This document shows, piece after piece, positions 10,060-25,000 of a stretch of 34,635 nt of DNA. Both the position numbers and the translations under genes were made by a program. The DNA comes from Nemertoderma westbladi (taxonomy: Eukaryota > Animalia > Xenacoelomorpha), in assembly GCA_032718475.1 (NCBI GenBank), contig JAUCBJ010006920.1:1-34635 (forward strand), read 5' to 3'. Under the pieces are notes generated by a model. The model searched no databases and was not told where the DNA came from. It saw only the letters and a program-made list of their open reading frames with translations. Within the stretch, counting starts at the first letter, position 1. Each line of letters starts with the position of its first letter.

Positions 10060-13000
10060 AATATCCAGCAAATTTTCGATAAATATAAGTTACAGATAAA
10101 TAATATTGTGTTAATCTCAATAAATATAATTTACAGATATATAATATCCTGTTAAATCTCAATAAATATAAGTTACAGATAAATAATATCGTGTTAACCT
10201 CAATAAATATAATTTACAGATAAATAATATCCTGTTAAATCTCAATAAATATAAGTTACAGATAAATAATATCGCGTTAATCTCAATAAATATAAGTTAC
10301 TGAGAAATAATATCATGTTAAATCTCAATAAATATAAGTTACTGATAAATAATAACATGTTAAATCTCAATAAATATAATTTACAGATAAATAATATCCT
10401 GTTAAATCTCAATAAATATAAGTTACTGATAAATAATATCATGTTAAATCTCAATAAATATAAGTTACAGATAAAAAATATCGTGTTAAATCTCAATAAA
10501 TATAATTTACAGATAAATAATATCCTGTTAAATCTCAATAAATATAAGTTACTGATAAATAATATCATGTTAAATCTCAATAAATATAATTTACAGATAA
10601 ATAATATCCAGTTAAATCTCAATAAATTGAAGTTACAGATAAATAATATTGTGTTAAATCTCAATAAATATAAGTTACAGATAAATAATATTGTGTTAAA
10701 TCTCAATAAATATAAGTTACAGATAAATAATATCGTGTTAATATCAATAAATATAATTTACAGATAAATAATATCCGGTTAAATCTCAATAAATATAAGT
10801 TACAGATAAATAATATCGTGTTAACCTCAATAAATATAATTTACAGATAAATAATATCCTGTTAAATCTCAATAAATATAAGTTACAGATAAATAATATC
10901 CTGTTAAATCTCAATAAATTTAAGTTACAGATAAATAATATCGTGTTAATCTCAATAAATTTAGGTTGCTGATAAATAATATCATGTTAAATCTCAATAA
11001 ATATAAGTTACTGATAAATAATATCATGTTAAATCTCAATAAATATAAGTTACTGATAAATAATATCATGTTAAATCTCAATAAATATAATTTACAGATA
11101 AATAATATCGTGTTAAATCTCAATAAATATAATTTACAGATAAATAATATCCTGTTAAATCTCAATAAATATAAGTTACTGATAAATAATATCATGTTAA
11201 ATCTCAATAAATATAATTTACAGATAAATAATATCCAGTTAAATCTCAATAAATTTAAGTTACAGATAAATAATATTGTGTTAAATCTCAATAAATATAA
11301 GTTACAGATAAATAATATTGTGTTAAATCTCAATAAATATAAGTTACAGATAAATAATATCGTGTTAATATCAATAAATATAATTTACAGATAAATAATA
11401 TCCGGTTAAATCTCAATAAATATAAGTTACAGATAAATAATATTGTGTTAACCTCAATAAATATAATTTACAGATAAATAATATCCTGTTAAATCTCAAT
11501 AAATATAAGTTACAGATAAATAATATCGTGTTAAATCTCAATAAATATAAGTTACAGATAAATAATATCGCGTTAATCTCAATAAATATAAGTTACTGAT
11601 AAATAATATCATGTTAAATCTCAATAAATATAAGTTACTGATAAATAATATCATGTTAAATCTCAATAAATATAAGTTACTGATAAATAATATCATGTTA
11701 AATCTCAATAAATATAATTTACAGATAAATAATATCGTGTTAAATCTCAATAAATATAAGTTACTGATACATAATATCATGTTAAATCTCAATAAATATA
11801 AGTTACTGATAAATAATATCATGTTAAATCTCAATAAATATAATTTACAGATAAATAATATCGTGTTAATCTCAATAAATATAAGTTACAGATAAATAAT
11901 ATCGTGTTAATCTCAATCAATATAAGTTACTGATAAATAATATCATGTTAAATCTCAATAAATATAAGTTACTGATAAATAATATCATGTTAAATCTCAA
12001 TAAATATAATTTACAGATAAATAATATCCTGTTAAATCTCAATAAATTTAAGTTACAGATAAATAATATCTTGTTAATCTCAATAAATTTAGGTTGCAGA
12101 TAAATAATATCCTGTTAAATCTCAATAAATTTAAGTTACTGATAAATAATATCATGTTAAATCTCAATAAATATAATTTACAGATAAATAATATCGTGTT
12201 AAATCTCAATAAATATAAGTTACTGATAAATAATATCGTGTTAACCTCAATAAATATAAGTTACAGATAAATAATATCCTGTTAAATCTCAATAAATATA
12301 AGTTACTGATAAATAATATCATGTTAAATCTCAATAAATATAAGTTACTGATAAATAATATCGTGTAAATCACAATAAATATAAGTTTCAGATAAATAAT
12401 ATCGTGTTAACCTCAATAAATATAATTTACAGGTAAATAATATCCTGTTAAATCTCAATAAATATAAGTTACTGATAAATAATATCGTGTTAAATCTCAA
12501 TAAATATAAGTTACTGATAAATAATATCCTGTTAAATCTCAATAAATATAAGTTACTGATAAATAATATCATGTTAAATCTCAATAAATATAAGTTACTG
12601 ATAAATAATATCGTGTTAAATCTCAATAAATATAAGTTACTGATAAATAATATCATGTTAAATCTCAATAAATATAAGTTACTGATAAATAATATCGTGT
12701 TAAATCTCAATAAATATAAGTTACAGATAAATTATATAGTGTTAAATCTCAATAAATATAAGTTACTGATAAATAATATCGTGTTAACCTCAATAAATAT
12801 AATTTACAGGTAAATAATATCCTGTTAAATCTCAATAAATATAAGTTACTGATAAATAATATCGTGTTAAATCTCAATAAATATAAGTTACTGATAAATA
12901 ATATCCTGTTAAATCTCAATAAATATAAGTTACTGATAAATAATATCATGTTAAATCTCAATAAATATAAGTTACTGATAAATAATATCGTGTTAAATCT

Positions 13001-16000
13001 CAATAAATATAAGTTACTGATAAATAATATCATGTTAAATCTCAATAAATATAAGTTACTGATAAATAATATCGTGTTAAATCTCAATAAATATAAGTTA
13101 CAGATAAATAATATAGTGTTAAATCTCAATAAATATAAGTTACTGATAAATAATATCGTGTTAACCTCAAGAAATATAATTTACAGATAAATAATATCCT
13201 GTTAAATCTCAATAAATTTAAGTTACAGATAAATAATATCGTGTTAAATCTCAATAAATTTAAGTTACACATAAATAATATCGTGTTAATCTCAATAAAT
13301 ATAAGTTACTGATAAATAACATCGTGTTAATCTCAATAAATATAAGTTACTGATAAATAATATCGTGTTAAATCTCAATAAATATAAGTTACTGATAAAT
13401 AATATCGTGTTAAATCTCAATAAATATAAGTTACTGATAAATAATATCGTGTTAACCTCAATAAATATAATTTTCAGATAAATAATATCCTGTTAAATCT
13501 CAATAAATTTAAGTTGCAGATAAATAATATCGTGTTAATCTCAATAAATATAATTTACAGATAAATAATATCCTGTTAAATCTCAATAAATTTAAGTTGC
13601 AGATAAATAATATCGTGTTAAATCTCAATAAATATAAGTTACTGATAAATAATATCGTGTTAACCTCAATAAATATAAGTTACAGATAAATAATATCGTG
13701 TTAATCTCAATAAATATAATTTACAGATAAATAATATCCTGTTAAATCTCAATAAATATAAGTTACTGATAAATAATATCGTGTTAAATCTCAATAAATA
13801 TAAGTTACTGATAAATAATATCCTGTTCAATCTCAATAAATATAATTTACAGATAAATAATATCCTGTTAAATCTCAATAAATTTAAGTTTCAGATAAAT
13901 AATATCGTGTTAATCTCAATAAATATAATTTACAGATAAATAATATCCTGTTAAATCTCAATAAATTTAAGTTTCAGATAAATAATATCGTGTTAATCTC
14001 AATACATATAAGTTACAGATAAATAATATCCTGTTAAATCTCAATAAATATAATTTACAGATAAATAATATCCTGTTAAATCTCAATAAATTTAAGTTTC
14101 AGATAAATAATATCGTGTTAACCTCAATAAATATAATTTACAGATAAATAATATCCTGTTAAATCTCAATAAATTTAAGTTGCAGATAAATAATATCGTG
14201 TTAATCTCAATAAATATAAGTTACAGATAAATAATATCGTGTTAATCTCAATAAATATAAGTTACTGATAAATAATATCATGTTAAATCTCAATAAATAT
14301 AATTTACAGATAAATAATATCGTGTTAAATCTCAATAAATATAAGTTACTGATACATAATATCATGTTAAATCTCAATAAATATAAGTTACTGATAAATA
14401 ATATCATGTTAAATCTCAATAAATATAATTTACAGATAAATAATATCGTGTTAATCTCAATAAATATAAGTTACAGATAAATAATATCGTGTTAATCTCA
14501 ATCAATATAAGTTACTGATAAATAATATCATGTTAAATCTCAATAAATATAAGTTACTGATAAATAATATCATGTTAAATCTCAATAAATATAATTTACA
14601 GATAAATAATATCCTGTTAAATCTCAATAAATTTAAGTTACAGATAAATAATATCGTGTTAATCTCAATAAATTTAGGTTGCAGATAAATAATATCCTGT
14701 TAAATCTCAATAAATTTAAGTTACTGATAAATAATATCATGTTAAATCTCAATAAATATAATTTACAGATAAATAATATCGCGTTAAATCTCAATAAATA
14801 TAAGTTACTGATAAATAATATAGTGTTAAATCTCAATAAATATAAGTTACTGATAAATAATATCGTGTTAACCTCAAGAAATATAATTTACAGATAAATA
14901 ATATCCTGTTAAATCTCAATAAATTTAAGTTACAGATAAATAATATCGTGTTAAATCTCAATAAATTTAAGTTACACATAAATAATATCGTGTTAATCTC
15001 AATAAATATAAGTTACTGATAAATAACATCGTGTTAATCTCAATAAATATAAGTTACTGATAAATAATATCGTGTTAAATCTCAATAAATATAAGTTACT
15101 GATAAATAATATCGTGTTAAATCTCAATAAATATAAGTTACTGATAAATAATATCGTGTTAACCTCAATAAATATAATTTTCAGATAAATAATATCCTGT
15201 TAAATCTCAATAAATTTAAGTTGCAGATAAATAATATCGTGTTAATCTCAATAAATATAATTTACAGATAAATAATATCCTGTTAAATCTCAATAAATTT
15301 AAGTTGCAGATAAATAATATCGTGTTAAATCTCAATAAATATAAGTTACTGATAAATAATATCGTGTTAACCTCAATAAATATAAGTTACAGATAAATAA
15401 TATCGTGTTAATCTCAATAAATATAATTTACAGATAAATAATATCCTGTTAAATCTCAATAAATATAAGTTACTGATAAATAATATCGTGTTAAATCTCA
15501 ATAAATATAAGTTACTGATAAATAATATCCTGTTCAATCTCAATAAATATAATTTACAGATAAATAATATCCTGTTAAATCTCAATAAATTTAAGTTTCA
15601 GATAAATAATATCGTGTTAATCTCAATAAATATAATTTACAGATAAATAATATCCTGTTAAATCTCAATAAATTTAAGTTTCAGATAAATAATATCGTGT
15701 TAATCTCAATACATATAAGTTACAGATAAATAATATCCTGTTAAATCTCAATAAATATAATTTACAGATAAATAATATCCTGTTAAATCTCAATAAATTT
15801 AAGTTTCAGATAAATAATATCGTGTTAACCTCAATAAATATAATTTACAGATAAATAATATCCTGTTAAATCTCAATAAATTTAAGTTGCAGATAAATAA
15901 TATCGTGTTAATCTCAATAAATATAAGTTACAGATAAATAATATCGTGTTAATCTCAATAAATATAAGTTACTGATAAATAATATCATGTTAAATCTCAA

Positions 16001-18250
16001 TAAATATAATTTACAGATAAATAATATCGTGTTAAATCTCAATAAATATAAGTTACTGATACATAATATCATGTTAAATCTCGATAAATATAAGTTACTG
16101 ATAAATAATATCATGTTAAATCTCAATAAATATAATTTACAGATAAATAATATCGTGTTAATCTCAATAAATATAAGTTACAGATAAATAATATCGTGTT
16201 AATCTCAATCAATATAAGTTACTGATAAATAATATCATGTTAAATCTCAATAAATATAAGTTACTGATAAATAATATCATGTTAAATCTCAATAAATATA
16301 ATTTACAGATAAATAATATCCTGTTAAATCTCAATAAATTTAAGTTACAGATAAATAATATCGTGTTAATCTCAATAAATTTAGGTTGCAGATAAATAAT
16401 ATCCTGTTAAATCTCAATAAATTTAAGTTACTGATAAATAATATCATGTTAAATCTCAATAAATATAATTTACAGATAAATAATATCGCGTTAAATCTCA
16501 ATAAATATAAGTTACTGATAAATAATACCGTGTTAACCTCAATAAATATAAGTTACAGATAAATAATATCCTGTTAAATCTCAATAAATATAAGTTACTG
16601 ATAAATAATATCATGTTAAATCTCAATAAATATAAGTTACTGATAAATAATATCGTGTTAAATCTCAATAAATATAAGTTACTGATAAATAATATCATGT
16701 TAAATCTCAATAAAAACAAGTTACTGATAAATAATATCGTGTAAATCACAATAAATATAAGTTTCAGATAAATAATATCGTGTTAACCTCAATAAATATA
16801 ATTTACAGGTAAATAATATCCTGTTAAATCTCAATAAATATAAGTTACTGATAAATAATATCGTGTTAAATCTCAATAAATATAAGTTACTGATAAATAA
16901 TATCATGTTAAATCTCAATAAATATAAGTTACTGATAAATAATATCGTGTTAACCTCAATAAATATAATTTACAGATAAATAATATCCTGTTAAATCTCA
17001 ATAAATATAAGTTACTGATAAATAATATCGTGTTAACCTCAATAAATATAATTTACAGATAAATAATATCCTGTTAAATCTCAATAAATATAAGTTACTG
17101 ATAAATAATATCGTGTTAACCTCAATAAATATAATTTACAGATAAATAATATCCTGTTAAATCTCAATAAATATAAGTTACTGATAAATAATATCCTGTT
17201 AAATCTCAATAAATATAATTTACAGATAAATAATATCCTGTTAAATCTCAATAAATTTAAGTTTCAGATAAATAATATCGTGTTAATCTCAATAAATATA
17301 ATTTACAGATAAATAATATCCTGTTAAATCTCAATAAATTTAAGTTTCAGATAAATAATATCGTGTTAATCTCAATACATATAAGTTACAGATAAATAAT
17401 ATCCTGTTAAATCTCAATAAATATAATTTACAGATAAATAATATCCTGTTAAATCTCAATAAATTTAAGTTGCAGATAAATAATATCGTGTTAATCTCAA
17501 TAAATATAAGTTACAGATAAATAATATCGTGTTAATCTCAATAAATATAAGTTACAGATAAATAATATCCTGTTAAACCTCAATAAATATAATTTACAGA
17601 TAAATAATATCCTGTTAAATCTCAATAAATTTAAGTTGCAGATAAATAATATCGTGTTAATCTCAATAAATATAAGTTACTGATAAATAATATCGTGTTA
17701 ATCTCAATAAATATAAGTTACAGATCAATAATATCGTGTTAATCTCAATAAATATAAGTTACAGATAAATAATATCGTGTTAATCTCAATAAATATAAGT
17801 TACAGATAAATAATATCGCGTTAATCTCAATAAATATAAGTTACTGATAAATAATATCGTGTTAATCACAATAAATATAAGTTACAGATAAATAATATCG
17901 TGTTAAATCTAAATAAATATAAATTTCAGATCAATATCATCCGGCAAATTTTTGATAAATCTAAGTTACAGATAAATATCCAGTTAATTCTCGTTAAATA
18001 TACGTTAATGAAAAGTAATATCGAATCAATACTCGTTAAATATAATTACAGATAAATAATCTTTTATATCCCGTTAAATATCAATAAATATAGTTACAGA
18101 TAATTAATATCCTTTTAATTTTCGATAAATATAAGTTAAATTTAGGTTATAGAAAGATAATATTATCCAGTTTATTCTCGTTAGATATAAGTTACTGAGA
18201 AATAATTTCCAGCCAATGTTCGTTAATAAGTTAATGACAAATAATACCGT
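10060..18250. repeat. AT-rich 41/42-bp satellite, ~8.2 kb, with higher-order duplications
   Basis: Consensus AAATCTCAATAAATATAAGTTAC(A/T)GATAAATAATATC(G/A/C)TGTT; degenerate at both edges; near-identical ORF-track pairs are offset by 1707 bp and 627 bp. Confidence 0.98.
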
Positions 18251-18291
18251 AATAATTAAATAAAGTATCAGTTTCCCAACTTGACTTTACT

Positions 18292-19034
18292 TCAAATCAA
18301 GTAGACATAAAGTGTAACGAAGAAAATAATATAGTTAGAAGCCTTAACGGATTCAGCGCTGTCTTGTGTGCTTGTTGCTACAGTGGTTTCCTCCAATGTG
18401 GTTGTCTCGGTAATGGTTTTCGCAATGGTAGTGCCGGGGGTTGTTACTGGTTTTGGTGATATTCTTATGAGTGTATTGCCAATATATTGCTCGAAGCCTT
18501 CGTTTATGCCTCTTGTCAAAATGCCCTTCATATCGTCATAAACGTAGATGGTTAAAGGTGTCATACCGTAAATATCTCCTTTACCAAAGCAAACCAATTG
18601 CCCTAAGAGGTAATTCATTTTTCCTACTTCTTGAGCGAATTCTAATGTGATCGCTAATACTATATCACTAATTGTGAAGTCAGAGCATGGGGAATAGGTG
18701 ATGTTATAGGGTATCGGCGCCTGGTGGATTATTGCATCAATGTTACGATATTTCCATTCAATTTTAATCAATTTGCTTTCATAATATACATCGAAATGAT
18801 CTGATAAAACGTTGATGAACTCATTTGTAGTTAGGTTCATTGATATATCAATAAATTATATTTCCGCAATGATAGATCCGCAATAGACATCAATACTTCC
18901 TATTGTCGCTATTTCCATTACAACAAGTGAGATGTCACTCTTGAATTCTTCCATGGCTGGTTTCTTACATATGAAATCGTTACATTCTTCTGTGGTTACA
19001 TTGATAATAAATTTCACAAAGGTTGTCGTGCTTT
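18292..19034 (-). CDS. Terminal exon: two SEA-like modules, Thr-rich spacer, C-terminal hydrophobic GPI-type signal; in-frame TAA at 18858-18856
   Basis: Acceptor ttgttttttttag|AA is phase-1 compatible. ORFs 19047-18856 and 18840-18292 share one frame (CGSIIAEI*FIDISMNLT). Ends TQDSAESVKASNYIIFFVTLYVYLI*. The SEA call rests on the GSII motif only. Confidence 0.7.
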
Positions 19035-22000
19035 CTAAAAAAAACAATAATATTATATTGAGTACTAGTTGTAGTACTACTACAAATTCACACTCAGTTT
19101 GTAATATACTGTTTCATAATGTGTTTAGATTAGCACATAACTTACTCCTGATTATTTTATTAGTCTAACGATGTGAAATCGCTTTAACAAATACTTTAAA
19201 GCGGGTTGAGTCTACAATCTCCAGCAATGGATCTGCATTCAAGATGATGATTAAGGGGGGATAACCATTTTCGGACAACTGTTCGATTTATCACTCTCAG
19301 CATTTCAAAATTGTTTGGTTTTGGCTATAATTTGGAATATAGGTACCTAAGATGCTTTTCTACATGACAGGTCAGAAAAAAATTTTCGCTATTTAATATT
19401 AGTTAATACTAGTTAAAAATAAAAAAATCTTGGTTGCGCTTAAAACCCTAAGGCTTTTACAGCTTTGAATCTAATCACGAAACACAATGTTAAAGTCATT
19501 GCTGGTGACCTGAATGCTCAAATTGGCCCAGAAGACATCAAGGGTTACACCTATAACACCAGTTCTAACAGAAATGGGTACTTACTTTTAGACCTAATGG
19601 AAGAATGTGAATTGATACCAACAAACAACACATTCGAAAAGCGTAAGGGGAAGCTATGGACCTTTCAATACCCTAATGGAACCAAAGCACAACTGGATTA
19701 CATCCTCATAAACAAAAAGTGGAGAAACAGCATGATCAACTGCGAGGCATACAGCTCGTTCAACCTAATTGGTTCGGACCACAGAATTGTGACTGCAGAG
19801 ATCAGACTCAGTTTGAGAGCCAGCAAACCCAGGACAAGCAAGCAAATCAACTATGACTGGGAAAAACTTAGAACTGACAATGCTGTAAAAGATGCTTATA
19901 CAGTAGAAGTTCAAAACCGCTTTGAAGCACTTCAGTCAATGGATGAAGACCAATCCACCAATTCAATATACCAGAATATAATAACGGCCCACAAGGAATC
20001 AGCTAAGAGGCATATCCCCCAGAAACCCAAACAAAAACAATATGTGCCATGGCAAAACTCTGAGGTTACTTGTAAGAGAGAAGATCATAAGATAGCCTAC
20101 AAAGTTAAAACCTAACAACCAACAACCGAAAACATTAACAAGGTTGAGAAAGCAAAGGACGATCTTAAATTGGCCTACAACATCAGCCAGAAAAAGTACA
20201 TAGAGGATAAAACTGAAACAATTACAACTGCTCACATACAGCAACAATCAAGACTTACCTGGCAAACTGTAAATGAAGTATCTGGTCGGAAAAGTTGTGC
20301 AAAGGGGCGCCTCAAAGCCGATAGTCCTGAAGAACGTGTTGGGAAGTGGAAAAATCACTTCAGCAACTTGCTTGGACAGCCACCAAACATCGAGGTCAGC
20401 CCTACAAGGAAAATATATCCCAGCGGAGGTATGGAAAACCGGAGTGCTAAACAGACCATTATTGAATGTTTGCAACCGGATGTTAAAAGGGGAAAGGCCA
20501 CCACCAATTTGGACTAAAGGTCAACTAAAGCCTCTCCCCAAGAAAGGAGACCTCGGCATACCAACAAACTATCGTGGGATCTGTCTGCTTGTGGTAGCTG
20601 CCAAAATATACAATAAAATGATTCTATATAGGATTAGGCCTCACATAGAGAAACTACTGTGTAAGAGCCAAAACGGATTTCGACCAAGTAGATCAACAAT
20701 AGCTCAGATACTTGCACTACGGAGACTGATTGAAGGAATTAAGTCAAAGAATCTCCCCGCTGTCTTGACTTTTGTGGACTTCAAGAAGGCATTCGACTCC
20801 AACCATAGAGGTAAAATGCTTGAAATCCTAAGAGTTTATGGAATACCAGAAGTAATTGTTGCTGGCATTGGATTGTTATATTGTGACACAGAAGCGCAGG
20901 TACTCTCACCAGATGGTGAAACTGAGTTTTTCTCAATCCTGGCTGGCGTACTGCAAGGTGACACATTAGCACCATTACTATTTGTAATTGTGCTGGATTA
21001 CGCAATGAGGACGGCCACAAACGGTGAAGACCTGGGAATCACACTTCAAGAACGCAGAACTAGTAGATATCCGGCAACTACAGTCACAGACACCGACTTT
21101 GCGGATGACATCGCCCTGCTCTCTAATACCCTAGCAGATGCACAGCTTCTACTAAATAAAGTGGAGAGGGCTGCTAAGGAGGTTGGATTGCATATAAATG
21201 CTACCAAGACCGAATTCATGACCTTTAATGTTGATGGAAACTTGACAACCATTGATAATAATCAACTAAGGAAGGTCGATGACTTCCAGTACCTTGGATC
21301 ATGGATAGAGAGTAGCAAAAAGGACATAGAAGTTAGGAAAGCAAAGGCTTGGGTAGCTCTATCAAAAATGGATACCATCTGGAAATCAGATCTCTCCAGG
21401 CACCTGAAGACTAAGTTCTTTCGAGCCACAGTGGAAAGTGTATTTTTATATGGGGGTGAGACCTGGACACTGACTAAATCACTTGAACAACACAAGACTA
21501 CTAAGGGCAGCCCTAAACATCAGCTGGAGGCAACACATGACAAACGCCGAGCTTTATGGTACAATACCACCTGTATCAACCACCCTCAGTGAACGCAGAT
21601 TAAGATTCAGTGGGCACTGCTGGCGAAGTAAAGACGAGGTCATACCAGATCTACTTTTCTGGCAACCAACTCATGGAAAGCGTAGTCGTGGACGACCGGC
21701 CATAACATATATAGATCAACTTGAAAGGGATACTGAACTTAGGAGAAACGAAATTGCGACAACTATGGAGAATCGGGAAGCCTGGAAGGATCTCATTTCC
21801 ACTGTCCTAGTTCGCTCGACCTAGTAGTAGTAGTAGAATCTAATCACATGAAAGTTTTTTATATGATAGATCAAAGATGGATCACCATAACTATCAGGCG
21901 AAACTTTGTGAAAATAATTCTGCACCGCTTGGTGGCGCTGCAAATTTATGCTAAATTTTTAGGTTTGTTATAAATAGTATTAAATTTTATTAACAAAAAA

Positions 22001-25000
22001 TTTCGTAAAGTTGTCTGATACTTTAATGCAGGGTGGCCATGTAGATACCCATGTAGTAGGGTTTTGAAGTTGACAATTAATTTCATAAAAAAAATATTTG
22101 GAGATAATCGACCTTTCATTATACATAGTAATATTAATTTCAATAGGATTCTCTAAATGGAAATTGTTATAACTTGAAAACTAAAAGAGCTATTTAATAG
22201 CGGTTTTCAGATTTGCAAAATGGTGTACCCCCCCCCCCCCCCCCCCCCCCCCCTTATGTACATCTCCTTGGTTAGAGTATGTACATCTCCTTGGTTAGAG
22301 TATGTACATCTCCTTGGTTAGAGTATGTACATCTCCATGGTTAGAGTATGTACATCTACTTGGTTAGAGTATGTACATCTCCTTGGTTAGAGTATGTACA
22401 TCTCCATGGTTAGAGTATGTACATCTACTTGGTTAGAGTATGTACATCTCCTTGGTTAGAGTATGTACATCTCCATGGTTAGAGTATGTACATCTACTTG
22501 GTTAGAGTATGTACATGTACATCTTCTTGGTTACAGGATGTACATCTTAAAGCTGTTTGCTGTCGACTTCAGATTTAGATTATTAATAATTTAGTTTAAT
22601 GCATTTAATTTTCTTATTACTGTTATCCTTTTTTATGTATTTACGTTGGTACGTGTTGGGAACCTAGCAATTAATTTATTTATTATTTATATGCAATATT
22701 TAGTAGGATTTCAGAGTGGCGCGTTAAATTTATTTTGAGGTTATGTCTGTCTTAGTCTATAATAAACATACAAGTTACTCACTTGTAGGAACAGCAGTTG
22801 TTGCTGCAGCAGCTTCTGTACCTAAAATAAAATTAAAACATGATATTTATGAATCTCTGCAATAATATTCATATTTTAATCTTAACAAATAAAGCCAGTA
22901 AAGCTTAAAATTGTTTCACAAATTACTCACTTGTAGGAACAGCAGTTGTTGTAGGAACTTCTGTACCTAAAACAAAATTAAAACATGATATTTATGGATC
23001 TCTGCAATAATATTCATATTTTAATCTTAACAAATAAAGCCAGTAAAGCTTAAAATTGTTTCACAAATTAATGGGGGGAGGTTGAGACTGATCTATTATC
23101 GAATGACCGAGAGAAAATTTAGTTGCCAATATTTCAGCCACTATATTATAGATTGCAAAACAATTACTAGGATGAAGGAATTTAACGGAAACATCTCAAT
23201 TGCAGCGAAGCGGCAAGTTGCTGCAACGCATGCTGGTAAACTACGCGCAATACCTAACCCAACAGCCCGCACAGAGACCCGATGCACTACAGAATTAGCA
23301 CACAACAGGGTACACGTAGAAGACTCGCTCACCCTCCCCGGAGGCACCCGTACGCTACTCAGCAAAGGACCACAATTCGCACTTCAACGCGAAGTGAGTG
23401 ATACCATCTTGGACGACGTCGCCATCGGTTTAGACCGTCTGGCATACGGGCTAAGTTGGAAGCTTGAATGCGAGAAGGTTTCCGCAGCACGGCAGAAACC
23501 GCCGGGCCCAGGAACGACTATTACCACTGCCGGCACAACAGTGCAGACTGCTAATACCGGTACCGGTTCCAATATCCCACAACCGCAACCGATTGGAAGG
23601 ATTCCTTTTCCGGAGACTTACCAGAGCCCACCCCCGGAAGACGTTTCGCCTGCAGTTCAGAGAGACCTGGATAAACTCAAAAGTTCCATTACGTCGGCGT
23701 TCTTTCAACGCAAACTGACTCACCCTCGCAGCACTAAACATAACAGGAGCACCCACCCACGTGTACCGGAACTTTACGGCAATCCTAAGACCCACAAGCC
23801 CGGTGAACCCATGCGTCCAATCTCTTCTGGATCTGGATCAGCGGCGGAGAAGCCAGGATGGTTGGTCAATAGAGTTCTGGAGCAAGCAGTACGCCATGTT
23901 CCAGAACGTCTAGTTAACACGAAGGATTTCATTGAACGAGTTAAACTGATAGACCCATTGGAACCGGGGGACATTATTTTCAGTCTGGATATAGTGTCCA
24001 TGTACACCAATATTCCCGTACAAGAGGGAATTGACCTAGTTTCGGACTTTGTTAATAAACATAGACACAATATCAATATGTTCGGTATGGAGATGCCTGA
24101 GTTTTACGGACTTCTCAAAATTAGCCTAGAATTCACTTTTTTCCGGTTCAACGGTAAATTTTACCAACAGAAGGATGGGATGGGAATGGGTGTACGTTTA
24201 GCCGCGCATTTCGCGGTAATATATATTCATGTTAAGGAATTCGAATTTTTAAATAATTATAGCTTATCGGTTGCATGTTGGTTTCGATTCTATGACGATG
24301 GGTGGGCCGTCTGGCAACATGGGGAAGAGGAACTTAGTAAGTTTCTCGATTACCTCAATGGCTGCCACCCGACCCTTAAGTACACTATGGAACAATCTTA
24401 CACCAGTATCCCTTTTTTAGACGTAACCACAACAATTAATAACGCAGGACAAATCAATTTCGAACTGTATATCAAACCATCCAATAAAGGTATATTTCTC
24501 AACTTTTTTAGCTGCCACCCCCGTAACATAATAACCAATACTGCTAGGTCTGCCATCAAGCGAGCCATACGCAACAGCAACACGTTGGAAGGACGTGAGC
24601 GTAGCCTTGACAAAATTAAAACAATTCTCACGGACAATGACTACCCTGTTTCAATGATCCACAAATTAATACATAACGAACTCAGTGGAGCACCCCCGCA
24701 CCCCACACGCATGAACACCCCACGAAATGGTTCCCCAGTACCTCTAGTATTACCTTTCATCAACGAGGGTTTACGTAGAAAGTTGCAACGCATAGTAAGT
24801 ACGTCTAACCTCAGAGGAGACATAAGAGTAGTACACACCCCAGGTCCCAAATTAAAGAATCAGCTGGTCAGAGCCAGTCTTACAGGCGCCACTTGCCCAG
24901 CACCAACTAACACAGAATGTTACACATGCATCACCTGCGGGGTGAAACCCTGTACTGTACGCAACGTAATCTACGAAATAACCTGCACTTTGTGCCTTCA

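Noticed and set aside
10242-16918. LRR-looking ORFs (LNLNKYKLLINNI / RFNMILFISNLYLL repeats)
   Set aside because: Translations of the 42-bp satellite on both strands; frequent 41-bp units shift the frame, so there is no sign of coding constraint.
23082-23163. N-terminus MRLIYYRMTERK... of the 732-aa ORF and the twin ORF 25485-25679
   Set aside because: Derived from the antisense strand of the pLTR, not the native PLE protein.
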